Source of the DNA: Prasinococcaceae sp. CCMP 1430
Taxonomy: Eukaryota; Plantae; Prasinodermophyta
Assembly: GCA_013416795.1 (NCBI GenBank)
Contig: RQSC01000152.1
Span: 1-64,000, forward strand
Length of the DNA: 64,000 bases
Direction of reading: 5' to 3'
A program made the translations under genes and the position numbers. A model generated the notes under the pieces. The model was not told the DNA's origin, made no database searches, and was given only the letters and a program-made list of their open reading frames with translations. Below, piece after piece: positions 21,144-31,637 of the stretch (position 1 is the first letter of the stretch; each line of letters opens with the position of its first letter).

Positions 21144-22461
21144 TCAGAAGACGGCCGTGTCAAGCATGGCAGTGAGCGTCTGAACAATGTTCGAGGCCAT
21201 GAGCGACTGAACCCCGTCCTCAAGGCGCTTTTTGGCGTCCTGTCTTCCGACGTTGGCCAGCACGAGCTTCTCCGCGGACAGCTCGCCCTCCTGCACGACG
21301 GCCTCGTCGTACTTCGCCGCGAGGTCGCGCATCTCCGCCGCAACCTTTTCGTTCGTCTCCCGCTGCTTCTCGAAGTCAGTGAGCGTGAGCCCATCCAGCC
21401 AGCTCTTCTTGTGCAGGTTGAGCAGCATTTTCTCTTCGAGCTCGTTCTTGCGGTAGTTTATGCCGATCGAGTAGTAGTGCCTGTTGAGCCCGTGGATGAG
21501 CGCCTGGATGGAGGGCTTGTTCATATGGCCCACGTTCGACGTCGTCTGCCTTGGCTCCTGGCCCATCATCATCGTCTGGGGGTTGATCAGCCGGAAGGCG
21601 TCGATCACGACTTTGCCCTTGACACTCTGGATGGGGTCCACCACAACGGCCACCGCGCGCGCGTTCAGCTGCTCGAAGCTCTGCTGCGTGTTGATGTCCA
21701 CACCCGACAGCCAGCAACCGAAGCCCGGATGGGAATGGTACCAACCTACAACCATCTCGGGCCGTCCCGTCTGCTTAAGCATGTCAAGCATCTTGGTCTG
21801 AAAGACGGGGTCGACCGCCTCCACGCTCACCCCGGTGCCGCTCTGAGGCATGGCAAATACGTCCACCACGCGCACGGTGTAGTCGTCGACGAACTCGCCG
21901 AGCATCAGGCCCATCACCTCCATGGGCACGCCCGCGCGCCCTGCGAAGCGAGCAAGCGGGAACCAGGCGCGCGGGGGAAATGGCGTCAGACACGTGATGG
22001 CGAGCACCCGGCGCGCGGTGTCAGCGCATTAGGCACCGTGCTTCCGAAGCCACGCTGCGGTGGAGCCTGCAGACAAGGACACGCACAGAAGGTCGCAGAG
22101 TGCGGATGAAGCTGCCAGGCCGCGCGCAAGCATGCGCCGAGGCAACCGCCAGATCTGCGCCCCCCGCAACACCGCTGCGGGCCACAGTCGGCGACGCGCT
22201 GCCTTGTGCATGTGGCGTGGCGTTCTCGACCACGCCAGCACGCAGAACAAGCGCGCAGGATCTTTCGCGCGCGCGCGCGGGGCCGAATCGTGCGCGCATG
22301 GCGCGCCGCCCGAGCGCACGCGTACCGTGCTTGAGCATCTTCAGCAGCGCCAGGCTGGAGATGTACACCTGCTCGGCAGTGTCCACGAGCGGTGTGTCGA
22401 CCTGGGGCGCGCCGCCCATCCCCATGCCCGCCTGATTGAACACACGCTGGAAGCGCTCCAT
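21144..22461 (-). CDS. RPN11: 26S proteasome lid deubiquitinase RPN11/PSMD14; intron 21941-22325
   Basis: [36 protein letters not shown] and the JAMM motif [16 protein letters not shown]. Confidence 0.97.
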
Positions 22462-23692
22462 GGCCGCTGGCAAGGCGCGCGCGCGCTCCTCCGCCCCACC
22501 CCCGCTGCTGGCCTCACGCCGCGCTGCCGCCACGCGCACGAGCGCGAGCGGGCGCGCAGGTCTCCCCCCGCGCCCACCCCCGATCCGCGCGCCTCGGTGG
22601 CTCTCGTAGCCCCGAGGTGCGCTGCGCTCCCTCCGCCTCGCGGCCCCTCGCGGCGCGCGGGCGTGTTTGGGCAGTCTTGGGCGCCGCGGCGCGCGCGTGC
22701 AGTGGCGCGCGCAGGTACGAAAAACGCATGCGTCCGCGCCATCACCCGCGCCCCGCCCAGATCCACATAAAAAAGCACGCCGCACGTACTCTCGCATGCC
22801 GCCCGCGCCCCCGACGGCGGCGCGCCGTTTCGCCGCACCGCGCCGCTTTTTGGCGGCCCCTTCCGCATGCGCAGCGATGGGCGCCGCGCCCCGCCGACGC
22901 GCCCCCCGTTATTCCGCAGCATGCGAAAACGCAGAAGAAGTCTCGAAATGGCATAATGCGCGAAGCGGAACATGGCATTGAAATATGCCAGATCGACTTT
23001 TCGCGGTGAAGGAATGAACGCTCATCAAAGCACATGCTCCCGCGGGCTGGCCCGCGGGCCGGCCAGGGGGCACCGCGGCCAGCGCCCCGCGCGAAACCGC
23101 AACCCCCCGCAGCCCGCACGCCGCGCGACGCATCCGCTTTGACTGGAGAGGCGTCGGAACCGTAAACCCGTTTTTACTAAACCTGAATCACTGATTGGCG
23201 CGCGCTAAGGCGGGAGAGCGCCAACGATGCGCGCGCGCGAGCGCCATACATCGCGCGCGGCCAGCGAGACGCGCGGGGGTGGAGGGGGGTGGGGGTGGGG
23301 GTGGGGGGGTGGGGGGAAGGGCGGGGAAGGGAGGAGGGAGGGCGCTTTGTGTCTCGGGTGGAGGAGGGGGCTGTGTCTGCGGATGGCCTGATTCCGCGGC
23401 GCCAGGATCGGATCGGCTGAGTTTTGTTCATTTGTCCGCGCCGGACGCGCGAGCCGCGACGCGGCGTGCGCGCGAGCGGGCCGGGCCGCTGCTGGAGCGG
23501 GCGCTCGGCGCCAGGCGCGAGCCGTGGGGAGGCGTGAGGTGTGTGCGTGGGGTGCGTGCGTGCGCCTTGGAGGTGGTCGAAGACAGCGAGGTGGTCCTCG
23601 CTCGCTCGCCCGGCACGCAGCGAGCGAGCGAGAGCGCCAGAGAGCGGGTGGTATTCGTGCTCAAAGGGGCCGAGGCCTGAGCGACAGCGGCG

Positions 23693-25712
23693 ATGACTTC
23701 GGCGGCAATGGCGGCGCGCGCAGGGGCAGCCCCTGCGCGGTGCCAGCTCGCGCGGCGCATCTACGGGCGCAGCAGGACGCCACGCCATGTGGTGGTGGGG
23801 ATCGCCGCCGGGGAGGGCCAAGGCATGCCGCGTCCTCCGGCGCGCGCACATGGCATTGGGGGCACTCAGCTCGCGTGCGCTCCCGGTGGGTGGGACAGTG
23901 GCACGGGCGAGCGAGTGCCGCGGGCACGCACTGCGCCGTACCGAAGACGCCGGCGGCACGATCGCGGCGTGGCGTATTCAACCACTGGTGAGAGGGCGAA
24001 CAGCACAGGCGATGATGGCCTGAGCGCCCGTGTGAGCGATTCGGAGGATGCGGACGGCGATCGATCCTCCTCGGGCAGGAAAGCGGCTTCGCTTACCGCG
24101 GCATTGCCTGCGCCTCCCGGTGCGGCTGGCACGAGATCGAGCTCGGCAGCAGGTTCCACGCCACCGCTGCTCGGTGTCAGCACGCAGCGCGCAATGCTTG
24201 CGGTGGCGGGCCCGTCCATCTGCATCGGCCTGCTGCGCACGACGTACGGCCTCGCGGATCAGTACTGGGTGGGGCAGCTCGGGACGGGAGCGGCCGTTGC
24301 GCTCGGTGGCTGCAGTTATGCGGCGTGGATCATCCTCGTGCTGTGCGAGCTCGGAGAGATGGGCGTGCAGGCAATCGCAGCGTATGACGAGGGCGCGGGT
24401 CGGCGGGAGCGCGTCGCACGGACCATTGTGCAGGGCTGCTGGGTCAGCGCCGGCGTCGCCCTCGCGCTGGTGCTTATGATGCCGCACGCGGACCTGTACT
24501 TCCACGCACTGGGCTTCAAACCCGGCTCGGGGGAGTTCGCCGCTGGTGTGGCGTACCTGTATGCATCCATCGTCGGCGCGCTGCCGCTCGCAGTCGGCGC
24601 GGTGCTTACAGCCGGGATGCGCGGGGTGGGGCTCCTGAAGCAGGCGCTTGGCATCACCACGGCGACGGTGCTCCTGAACATCCTCTTGGACCCCGTGCTC
24701 ATTTGGGGCCTCGGACCATTCCCGCAGCTAGGGGTTGCGGGCGCAGCATGGGGTACTACCATTAGCACGCTGCTCGGCTGCGTGCTCAGTGCGCGTGTGC
24801 TGCGCAGAGAGGGCATCAGGCTGCGCTGGATGGCGCCGGTGGCCACCTTAGTCCAGCGTATCGTCAACGTCGGGTCGCCGATGTGCGTGTCGGGATTGTT
24901 GTTTTCCTTCGTGTACCTCTTTATTGGGCGCATCGCAAACGACCTTGGCGCGGCCAACGTCGCAGCCCTTGGTCTGAGTCATCGCCTGGAGGTGAGGGCG
25001 CGCTGGAGTGCCCGTGCGCTGCGCGCGGCGCGTCCACACAAACCATCTGGACCTTTTCACCCGCCGCCGCGTTGCGTGTGCCCCTCTGACGCGTTGCGCT
25101 CGTGCACGCGCGTGTTCCCGGTGCGCGCAGTCGGTGGCATATGTCGTCTGCGAGGGTTTTGGGATTTGCGCGGCAACGCTCGTGGGGCAGTGGCTCGGCG
25201 CGCGCAAACCGACCAAGGCTCGCAACGCCGCCAACACTGTGGCTCTCTTCTGCGCATTTGTTATGCTGCCAATGGGCTTGTTGGCTGGGCTGTGTGCCGA
25301 GCCACTGCTGTCGCTCTTCACGTCCGACCCGGCCATAATCGCGTCGGCCACGAGGTACCTGCAGATCAACGCGGCTGTGTTCACGCTCATGGGAGTCGAA
25401 GTCGTCTTTGATGGCGCCTTCGCGGGGAGCGAGAACACCAAACCCGTGCTCTACGTGGGGTCCACCCTCAACCTGTTGCGCCTCCCCGCGGCATACGTGT
25501 TGTCGATGACGTGTGGCCTCGGCATCGACGGGGTATGGATCGCCATTGCACTCTCCACGAGCCTGAAGGCAATCTACAAGGCGCTATGCTTCTGCAGGCA
25601 GAGGCTGCGCGGCGAGGAGGAGCGCACCAACTGGCTGTGGGTGCCAGTGCCATGGGAGTGGGGCCCGGACTTCATGAAGAGGGCCGCGCGTGCGCGCGCC
25701 TCACGGGTGTGA
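23693..25712 (+). CDS. MATE family efflux transporter (DinF-like); intron 24992-25130
   Basis: DQYWVGQLG...ALGG, LLNILLDPVLIWGLGPFPQLGVAGAAWGT, spliced HRLE-SVAYVVCEGFG and FDGAFAGSENTKP...NLLRLP. Long low-complexity N-terminus; start uncertain. Confidence 0.9.
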
Positions 25713-25737
25713 GTGCAATACATCGACAATTTTGTTT

Positions 25738-25742
25738 TTACA
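25738..25742 (-). terminator. UGUAA polyadenylation signal (PIG-W)
   Basis: TTACA on the plus strand, between the convergent MATE and PIG-W stops. Confidence 0.5.
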
Positions 25743-25783
25743 AGACACGTGCGTCGTACTGTGGCGTATATCACAAGCTAGTA

Positions 25784-27400
25784 CTAGTCGCCCTTAGTCG
25801 CACGTGCAGATTGGCGCGCACGCGCCCTGACCGCGAGCCGCGCGGCTATGCCGCTGGCGATGGTGCAAAACGCGACGCCGTACGCCCACACGGCCGTCGC
25901 GGCAAGCGCGTCTGATGCCACCAGCGTGTCCATCGACATGTTGGTTAGGCCAGTGAGCATATTGGCTGCTAGAAAGGCATACAGGCCCGCGTCGTTTAGG
26001 TCTTGTGCCACTCGTGGCGGCCAGCGCGAGTATGCCCGCGTCGAGGCAGGCACGACGCTTTCCAGCACCCACTCCATGCACGCGAGTCCCGCCAGCGTGC
26101 TGCAAACGTGCGCGAGCGTAAAGAGCACGTACTGAGCGTTGGCCATGCGCCGCGAGGTGGCACGCGCAGGGTCGAAGCTGGCGTCGCTGTCGCGGTTTCC
26201 GCGAGCGCAGCCATCCCCAAGCACGCGCACAGCACCCAGGGCCCAAGCACCGCACGCGGCGAACGCGATGGCCACGAGCGCCGCCACGAAGTCGCCGCGC
26301 CGCGCCGCGCCGCGCCGCGCCGCGTAGTCGGCAGCTGAACGCAGCGTGCCGCCGAGCGCGCGCCCAAGCAGCATGAGCGCAACGTAGCCGCCCAGACTGC
26401 CCACTCCCTCCTTGTTCATCGAGAGCAGGGTTGCGTCGCGCTCCTCTGCGACGATCCATGCGCCGAGTGGCGTCCGAGTGAGCGCGAGCTCGTGCGCCAC
26501 GACAGCAGCCCCGCCCAGGAGCCACGCGCTGGCGAGCGTGCGCGGCGGCGGCAGCGTCGCAACGACGACTGACGCACACGCGAGCGAGGCGAAGAAGCTC
26601 CAGTGCGCGCCGTACTCCCCTACATGGGTCTGATAGCCAACTGCGGCCACAGCGAGTGGTCGCGCGACCGCGAGTACCAGGAGCGGCGCCGACTTGGCGA
26701 CAGCTGCACGCACGCGCCCCACCGCAGCGCCCAGCCACCCTCGCGTTTGTGAGTCGCCCCGGCTCTCCGGAGGGCCCCAGCCGCCACGCCCTAGCCCTGC
26801 CGCCATTCCCGCCGCCGCGACGAAGCACCCTTGCCCAGCATCCATGACGCTCACACCGTTCCGCTCCGTCTTCGCCAGACGCCTGGGAAATGCGTTGAAG
26901 TCGACGGCGAGGATGGCGACGCACGTCGTGAGGAGCATGGCACCTCGGTACGCCGTCACCACCGCGAGGCGATCGTTCGAAAGGGTGCGTTCCGCGAGGC
27001 CCTGCTCGACCGTGCACGCGCCCACACTCTCATTGCGTCGCTGCGCGCTTTGCACAACCCCGTGGCTGTTGCGGCGGTCGTCGCCGGTGCGGGCACCGCC
27101 ACCACCGCCGTAGCGCGCGAGTGCAAGCACCGCCACGACGAGAGTCAACGCGACGGGTGCAGCGCCGCGGGGTGCGAAGAATGCTGCTTCGACGACGGCG
27201 ATCGCGATGCCTGTGGAGAGCACGCAAGTCAGCGCGCCTCCCGCTGCCCGGTATCGCCGCGCGAGCAGGGCCTCTGCGAGCCATGCAGCCACGAGGGCCA
27301 CGGGCGCGGCAAGCGCCGACACGGCGGCAATCTCGCCCACGCCGCCGCCGGAGAGGCCCGAGACGAACGCCTCCTTCGCAGCACGCGACGCAGCGTGCAT
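25784..27400 (-). CDS. PIGW: GPI inositol acyltransferase PIG-W/GWT1
   Basis: KEAFVSGLSGG, YRGAMLLTTCVAILAVDFNAFPRRLAKTE..GVSVMDAGQG, YQTHVGEYGAHWSFF, NKEGVGSLGGY, SRRMAN and FLAANMLTGLTN. Confidence 0.95.
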   Translation of the reverse strand: MHAASRAAKEAFVSGLSGGGVGEIAAVSALAAPVALVAAWLAEALLARRYRAAGGALTCVLSTGIAIAVVEAAFFAPRGAAPVALTLVVAVLALARYGGGGGARTGDDRRNSHGVVQSAQRRNESVGACTVEQGLAERTLSNDRLAVVTAYRGAMLLTTCVAILAVDFNAFPRRLAKTERNGVSVMDAGQGCFVAAAGMAAGLGRGGWGPPESRGDSQTRGWLGAAVGRVRAAVAKSAPLLVLAVARPLAVAAVGYQTHVGEYGAHWSFFASLACASVVVATLPPPRTLASAWLLGGAAVVAHELALTRTPLGAWIVAEERDATLLSMNKEGVGSLGGYVALMLLGRALGGTLRSAADYAARRGAARRGDFVAALVAIAFAACGAWALGAVRVLGDGCARGNRDSDASFDPARATSRRMANAQYVLFTLAHVCSTLAGLACMEWVLESVVPASTRAYSRWPPRVAQDLNDAGLYAFLAANMLTGLTNMSMDTLVASDALAATAVWAYGVAFCTIASGIAARLAVRARARQSARATKGD

Positions 27401-29711
27401 GGCCGCGGCGCCGCATGGTGCGCGTGCGTGTGGCGCGCCCGTGGCACCGCTCGACGCGATCGTCTCCGTGTCGAGCGCCGCCGTCTCCGTGTCGGTTACC
27501 AGGCTCGTGCATGTATTGTGTGTGCGTGTGTGTGTGTGTGAAAACAACCCACGGGCGAGCCATCGTCATGATGGCGCGGTTACTGTTGCTTTTGGTGCAT
27601 CTTGTCCTACCGGCGGGTTGTACTGTACCACGTCGCACTTACGTAAAAACTTCGTCAAACTTCGTGCTGGCTCGCACCAGTTTTTTTGTCGTCGTACCCC
27701 GGCTCAACACGGCCGCGCGTCGTCCCCCGACGCACCCCGACGACCGCGATATTTATTGGATTTGCATATGCAACGGTCGGCTCGCTCGGCCCCGCGTCGG
27801 CGACGCCTCGCTCACAACCGGCTCCAGACGCACGTGGTCAGGGCAGTGGTGCAAACAGGGTGCACTACACGGGTGTGGCGCGACCTGCGCGTCGATCGAG
27901 GGCTCGTCGTGCGAAAAGATCCGTCCGTGGCTTTTTCGTCCGTCCGTGGAATTCAAACCGATCCGAGGGCCCCCAACCGACACGCGCATATGCTCCTCTC
28001 CTATCGACCGACCGAATGCCAATTGCCCATCGGCTTCATCAAGCAAGGAAGCTGGCTGCGGGCGTCATGCCAGCATATGTTGTGGGAGCGTGTCGAACAA
28101 GATGTGCACCCTCGATCGATGGATCATCATGAGCTGCCCGCGCCCGTGGACCCTGCTGCAGAGTGCAGGCGTCGCTCGAAGATCGACAGTTCCCCCGCTC
28201 CTAAACAGGGCGAGCCTCGGTCGGTCGGTCGGTTGTCCCCACAGCCTGCGAGCGGATGCAGCGCGTCGCGCGCTGCAGCCACACGCACGGCGCAGCGCGG
28301 GGTTACAAAACGCAACGCGAGCCGCTGCGCTCGCCATCCGGCGCCGACAGGCTGTCTGCGCGCGCCGACAGCCTGTCGCAGCGGGAACTGCTGGGCGGCG
28401 GCGCGTGCGGTTTGATGGACGGCGCAGGGCGGGCGGCGCGCGGGCCAGATACGCGCGGTGCGGCGGGCGACGCCTGCCGCTCGTTCGCGGTCGAGGAACT
28501 CCCCTGGCTGGCAGCCCCGTCCATCCCGGGGCCGGGTGGCAGACCCTCGTTCAGTCAGGCTTCGGTCGAGGAGAGGCGGTGAGTGGGCGTTCATACCGGG
28601 ATGCCTCGATGGGCGCACCCCGGGGTCATTCCGCCGGCGGGGGGCCTGCCCCCAACCCAGATCTGGTGCCGTGATCGCGGCCGCCCGCCGCTGCGCCAGC
28701 CAGTCTGTCGAGCGCCCGCGCTGCCCCGCGTAAGCTATGGTTCATAGGCGCGCTTCCGCGGGGCGGGCTCCGGCCGCCCCCCCCCCCCCCCGCCGTCGCC
28801 GCCGCTGCCATCAGTCAGGGTCTACGCGTTCCGCGCCCGGGCGCAGCGGCAGGCGCGCGCGCGGGCGTTCGGGGAACGGCCGCTCATCAAATCCCATCCG
28901 AGTCGCGCGCGGCGCTTCGCGCGGCGAGCGACGGGTTTCGAGTGGGTTCCGCTCGGCCGGGCGCGTGTGGCGNACGTGCAGGTTGGGCACCGGCGACGAC
29001 ATGCTCGTGTCCGGAGGCGAGCAGGCGGGCGGGTCGGTCTGGGGCAGATGCGGGCGGAGAGTGCGTGGCTGCGGTCGCGCGCGCTGTGGCGCGCCCGCGC
29101 CCCCCTCTCTCCCCTCCCCCTTCCGTGCGGCGCGGGCGGCGCGCCCGCCCGTCGCCGCGCGGCGCGTGGCAGCCCCGCACTCCCACGTGGCAGCGATCGC
29201 AACGGCCCCCAGAAAAATCCGCCGCGGCGGCCCTTCCGAGGCCCAACCGGCGCTCAAACGTAAGCACACCTTCGATTGACACCGGCGGCATTCACAGACC
29301 GCAGATACTGCAATGATTAAAACTGCCCATGATGTGATATGATATGATACGCGCGGCCAAAATGATACTTTTCTGACAATGTCTGGCAATGCCTGCTCCG
29401 TCCGCCCGACGCCCGAGGCGAGGGCGCGTGCCGACGGCGTGCAGGGCGAAATCTCCGCGAGGATCTCCGAGGCGGCGCCGGCTGGGGTTCTAGAAGGATC
29501 GGACGCGCGGAGAGGGGGGCTTCCGTCCCGAGCACGTGTGTGTGCGTGTGTGTGCGCGTGTGTGCGTGTATGTGCGGGCGGGCGGCGCGATCGCTGCGCG
29601 GGGCAACGGACCGCTGTGGTGGCGGGGGGGGGAGAGAGGCGCCGGTGGCCATACTGCGTGCGAAGGCGCGCGCAGACCACGAGCGCACGCGTGCGCTCGG
29701 CCACAGCCGCC

Positions 29712-31256
29712 ATGGTGTCCTTGCGCGCGGTCTGCGCGGCGGCAGGCGTCGCCGCGGCGGGCCTCGCCGCGGCCACGCCCGCAGCCGCTGACTTTGCTAC
29801 GACCGGGTGCGGCTACGGCTACGGCTACGGTTACGGCTACGACTACGGCTACTCGGCCGCCGGGGGCTGGTACGGCGACGGCTACGGCTACGGAGATGAC
29901 CTCGTCTTCGGCCACTTCCCCTGCGTCCCGCCCGCGCCTGTGCTGCCGCCCGCGGCGATGCCGCCGCCGATGACAACAATGCCGCCGCCGGTGCCGCCAT
30001 CGGTGTCGCCGACGATGCCGCCGACGATGCCGCCGTCGATTAAGCCGAGCGTGCCCCCGATGCCCGCTGTCACCTACCCTCCCATGGGCGGCTACTACGG
30101 CTATGAATTCGTTGGCGAGTACGGCCTCCCTCCGATGAGCCCCCCCGAATTCGACCAGGACAAGTGCATCTGCGACCCCTCAGAGCTCCTCGCTATCTTC
30201 GGCGAAGTCTCCGAGAAGACGCTCAACTCGTACGGCGAGGCCGTCGTCCAGGCGATCACATCGTCTGATGAGCAGTACGGCCTGCTCATCACGGGCGAGC
30301 CGTGCGAGTGCCCGGTGTCCTCTCCTCCCGTCGCGTCGTCGCCCACGGGCAAGTCGCCGGTGCCCTCGCCGCCCCCCACCCCTACGCGTACTGTGGTTAC
30401 CACCGTCGCGTTCGGCAGCGCCGAGGACCTGGCAGCGTTCGACATCGACCAAGCAATCGCGGATGCTGTGGCAGACCAATTGGCAAAACTCGGCGAGGGC
30501 GCTTCGGTCGATGCGACAGCCAAGATTGTCGTGACCGCGGTCTACCTGAAGCCGGACTCAATCACTTGCGCGGTTTTCGTCGCTGGCTACGCCACGGCGT
30601 CCGGAATTGACGCAACTCTCGTGGACGGTGGGTGTGATGCCAGGCATCGCCTCGGACGTTCGATGCTCGAGGCTTCGGAGTCGTCCGAGATTAGCATCGT
30701 GGTGGAGGTCGACGCAGCGCAAAAAGACTTGGCGGTTTTGGCCGCTGGCCTGAACGTGGACAGCCTCTCGGCCGAGCTCGGTGTGACCATCGAGCAGATC
30801 GGCGAGATCAGCATTGATTTGGTGCTCACCTTCGAGATCATCGCGATGGACGCCGGCCTCGACCTCGACGGCCTTGACTTGGCTGGGGAGATTTTGGGCG
30901 CCATCGAAGCCGTCGCGGACGCGGCTGGCATCTCAGTCGATGTCGAGACCACTGTCGAGGAGGAGGACGAGACACCCGCAGACGAGACGCCCGCGTCGAG
31001 CCCGCCGCCGCCCGCGGGCACCGTGGAGACGCCCGCGTCGAGCCCGCCGCCGCCCGCGGTCACCGAGGAGGACGACGACGGTTCGAGCGGGCTCGACGGC
31101 GGCGCCGCCGCGGGCATTGCCGTGGCGGTCGTTGTCGTCGTCGCCATCGGCGCCTTCGTCGTCTTGCGCATGCGCAAGAATGCGGAGGAGGAGAGCTTCG
31201 ACACGCTTGGCGAGGGCGGCGCGATGCAAGAGGCCGCCTCGGGTGGGCGCGTGTAG
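29712..31256 (+). CDS. Uncharacterised type I cell-surface glycoprotein (signal peptide, Gly-Tyr repeat, Pro-rich linkers, single TM)
   Basis: Signal-like MVSLRAVCAAAGVAAAGLAAATPAAA, then GYGYGYGYGYDYGY, (M/P)PPP tracts, SPPPP motifs, TM GAAAGIAVAVVVVVAIGAFVVL followed by RMRK, and a short acidic tail. Codon usage is strongly GC3-biased. Confidence 0.8.
   Translation: MVSLRAVCAAAGVAAAGLAAATPAAADFATTGCGYGYGYGYGYDYGYSAAGGWYGDGYGYGDDLVFGHFPCVPPAPVLPPAAMPPPMTTMPPPVPPSVSPTMPPTMPPSIKPSVPPMPAVTYPPMGGYYGYEFVGEYGLPPMSPPEFDQDKCICDPSELLAIFGEVSEKTLNSYGEAVVQAITSSDEQYGLLITGEPCECPVSSPPVASSPTGKSPVPSPPPTPTRTVVTTVAFGSAEDLAAFDIDQAIADAVADQLAKLGEGASVDATAKIVVTAVYLKPDSITCAVFVAGYATASGIDATLVDGGCDARHRLGRSMLEASESSEISIVVEVDAAQKDLAVLAAGLNVDSLSAELGVTIEQIGEISIDLVLTFEIIAMDAGLDLDGLDLAGEILGAIEAVADAAGISVDVETTVEEEDETPADETPASSPPPPAGTVETPASSPPPPAVTEEDDDGSSGLDGGAAAGIAVAVVVVVAIGAFVVLRMRKNAEEESFDTLGEGGAMQEAASGGRV
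30984..31059 (+). repeat. Exact 34-nt direct repeat at 42-nt period encoding ETPASSPPPPA twice
   Basis: gagacgcccgcgtcgagcccgccgccgcccgcgg at 30984 and 31026. Confidence 0.9.
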
Positions 31257-31429
31257 GCGGTGCTCGCGAGGATCGCAGTGGATGGTAGCTTGCCGGACGG
31301 GCGATAGCTCGGACGAGCGCCTCCGCGAGCGAGCGCCTCCGCTGTCTGGGCTTGCGCCTCGCGGGCGTGAGAGCAGGCGGCGGGCGCAGACGCGAGGAGC
31401 CGTCGCGCGCCTGCGTTGCAGCTAGGCGG

Positions 31430-31434
31430 TGTAA
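31430..31434 (+). terminator. UGUAA polyadenylation signal (surface protein)
   Basis: TGTAA downstream of the stop at 31256. Confidence 0.5.
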
Positions 31435-31637
31435 TACACGGCAATTGTGTGTATCATCGATTTCGAGCACGTCGCCACGCCCGCGCGTGACCGCATCTCG
31501 CGCGTGGCGCGTGTCTTAGCGCGCGCGCGCGCCCTGCTGCGCGCGAGCAGCGACGTGCTGCGCGACCTGACGACACCACGGTCGGTGGCTTCACGACGCA
31601 GCCCCTACCACCCCGAGCGGGCCATGGGGCACACTGC

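Noticed and set aside
23168-23182. CCGTTTTTACTAAAC resembling U5 snRNA loop I
   Set aside because: It lacks the invariant GCCUUUUAC and the flanking stem, and no Sm site follows.
27121-28674. 517-aa plus-strand ORF and similar long Arg/Ala/Pro-rich ORFs (e.g. 4386-5954, 54856-56319, 8204-9727)
   Set aside because: These are shadow or antisense frames expected at this GC content, where stops are rare. They have no motifs and often lie opposite a well-supported gene.
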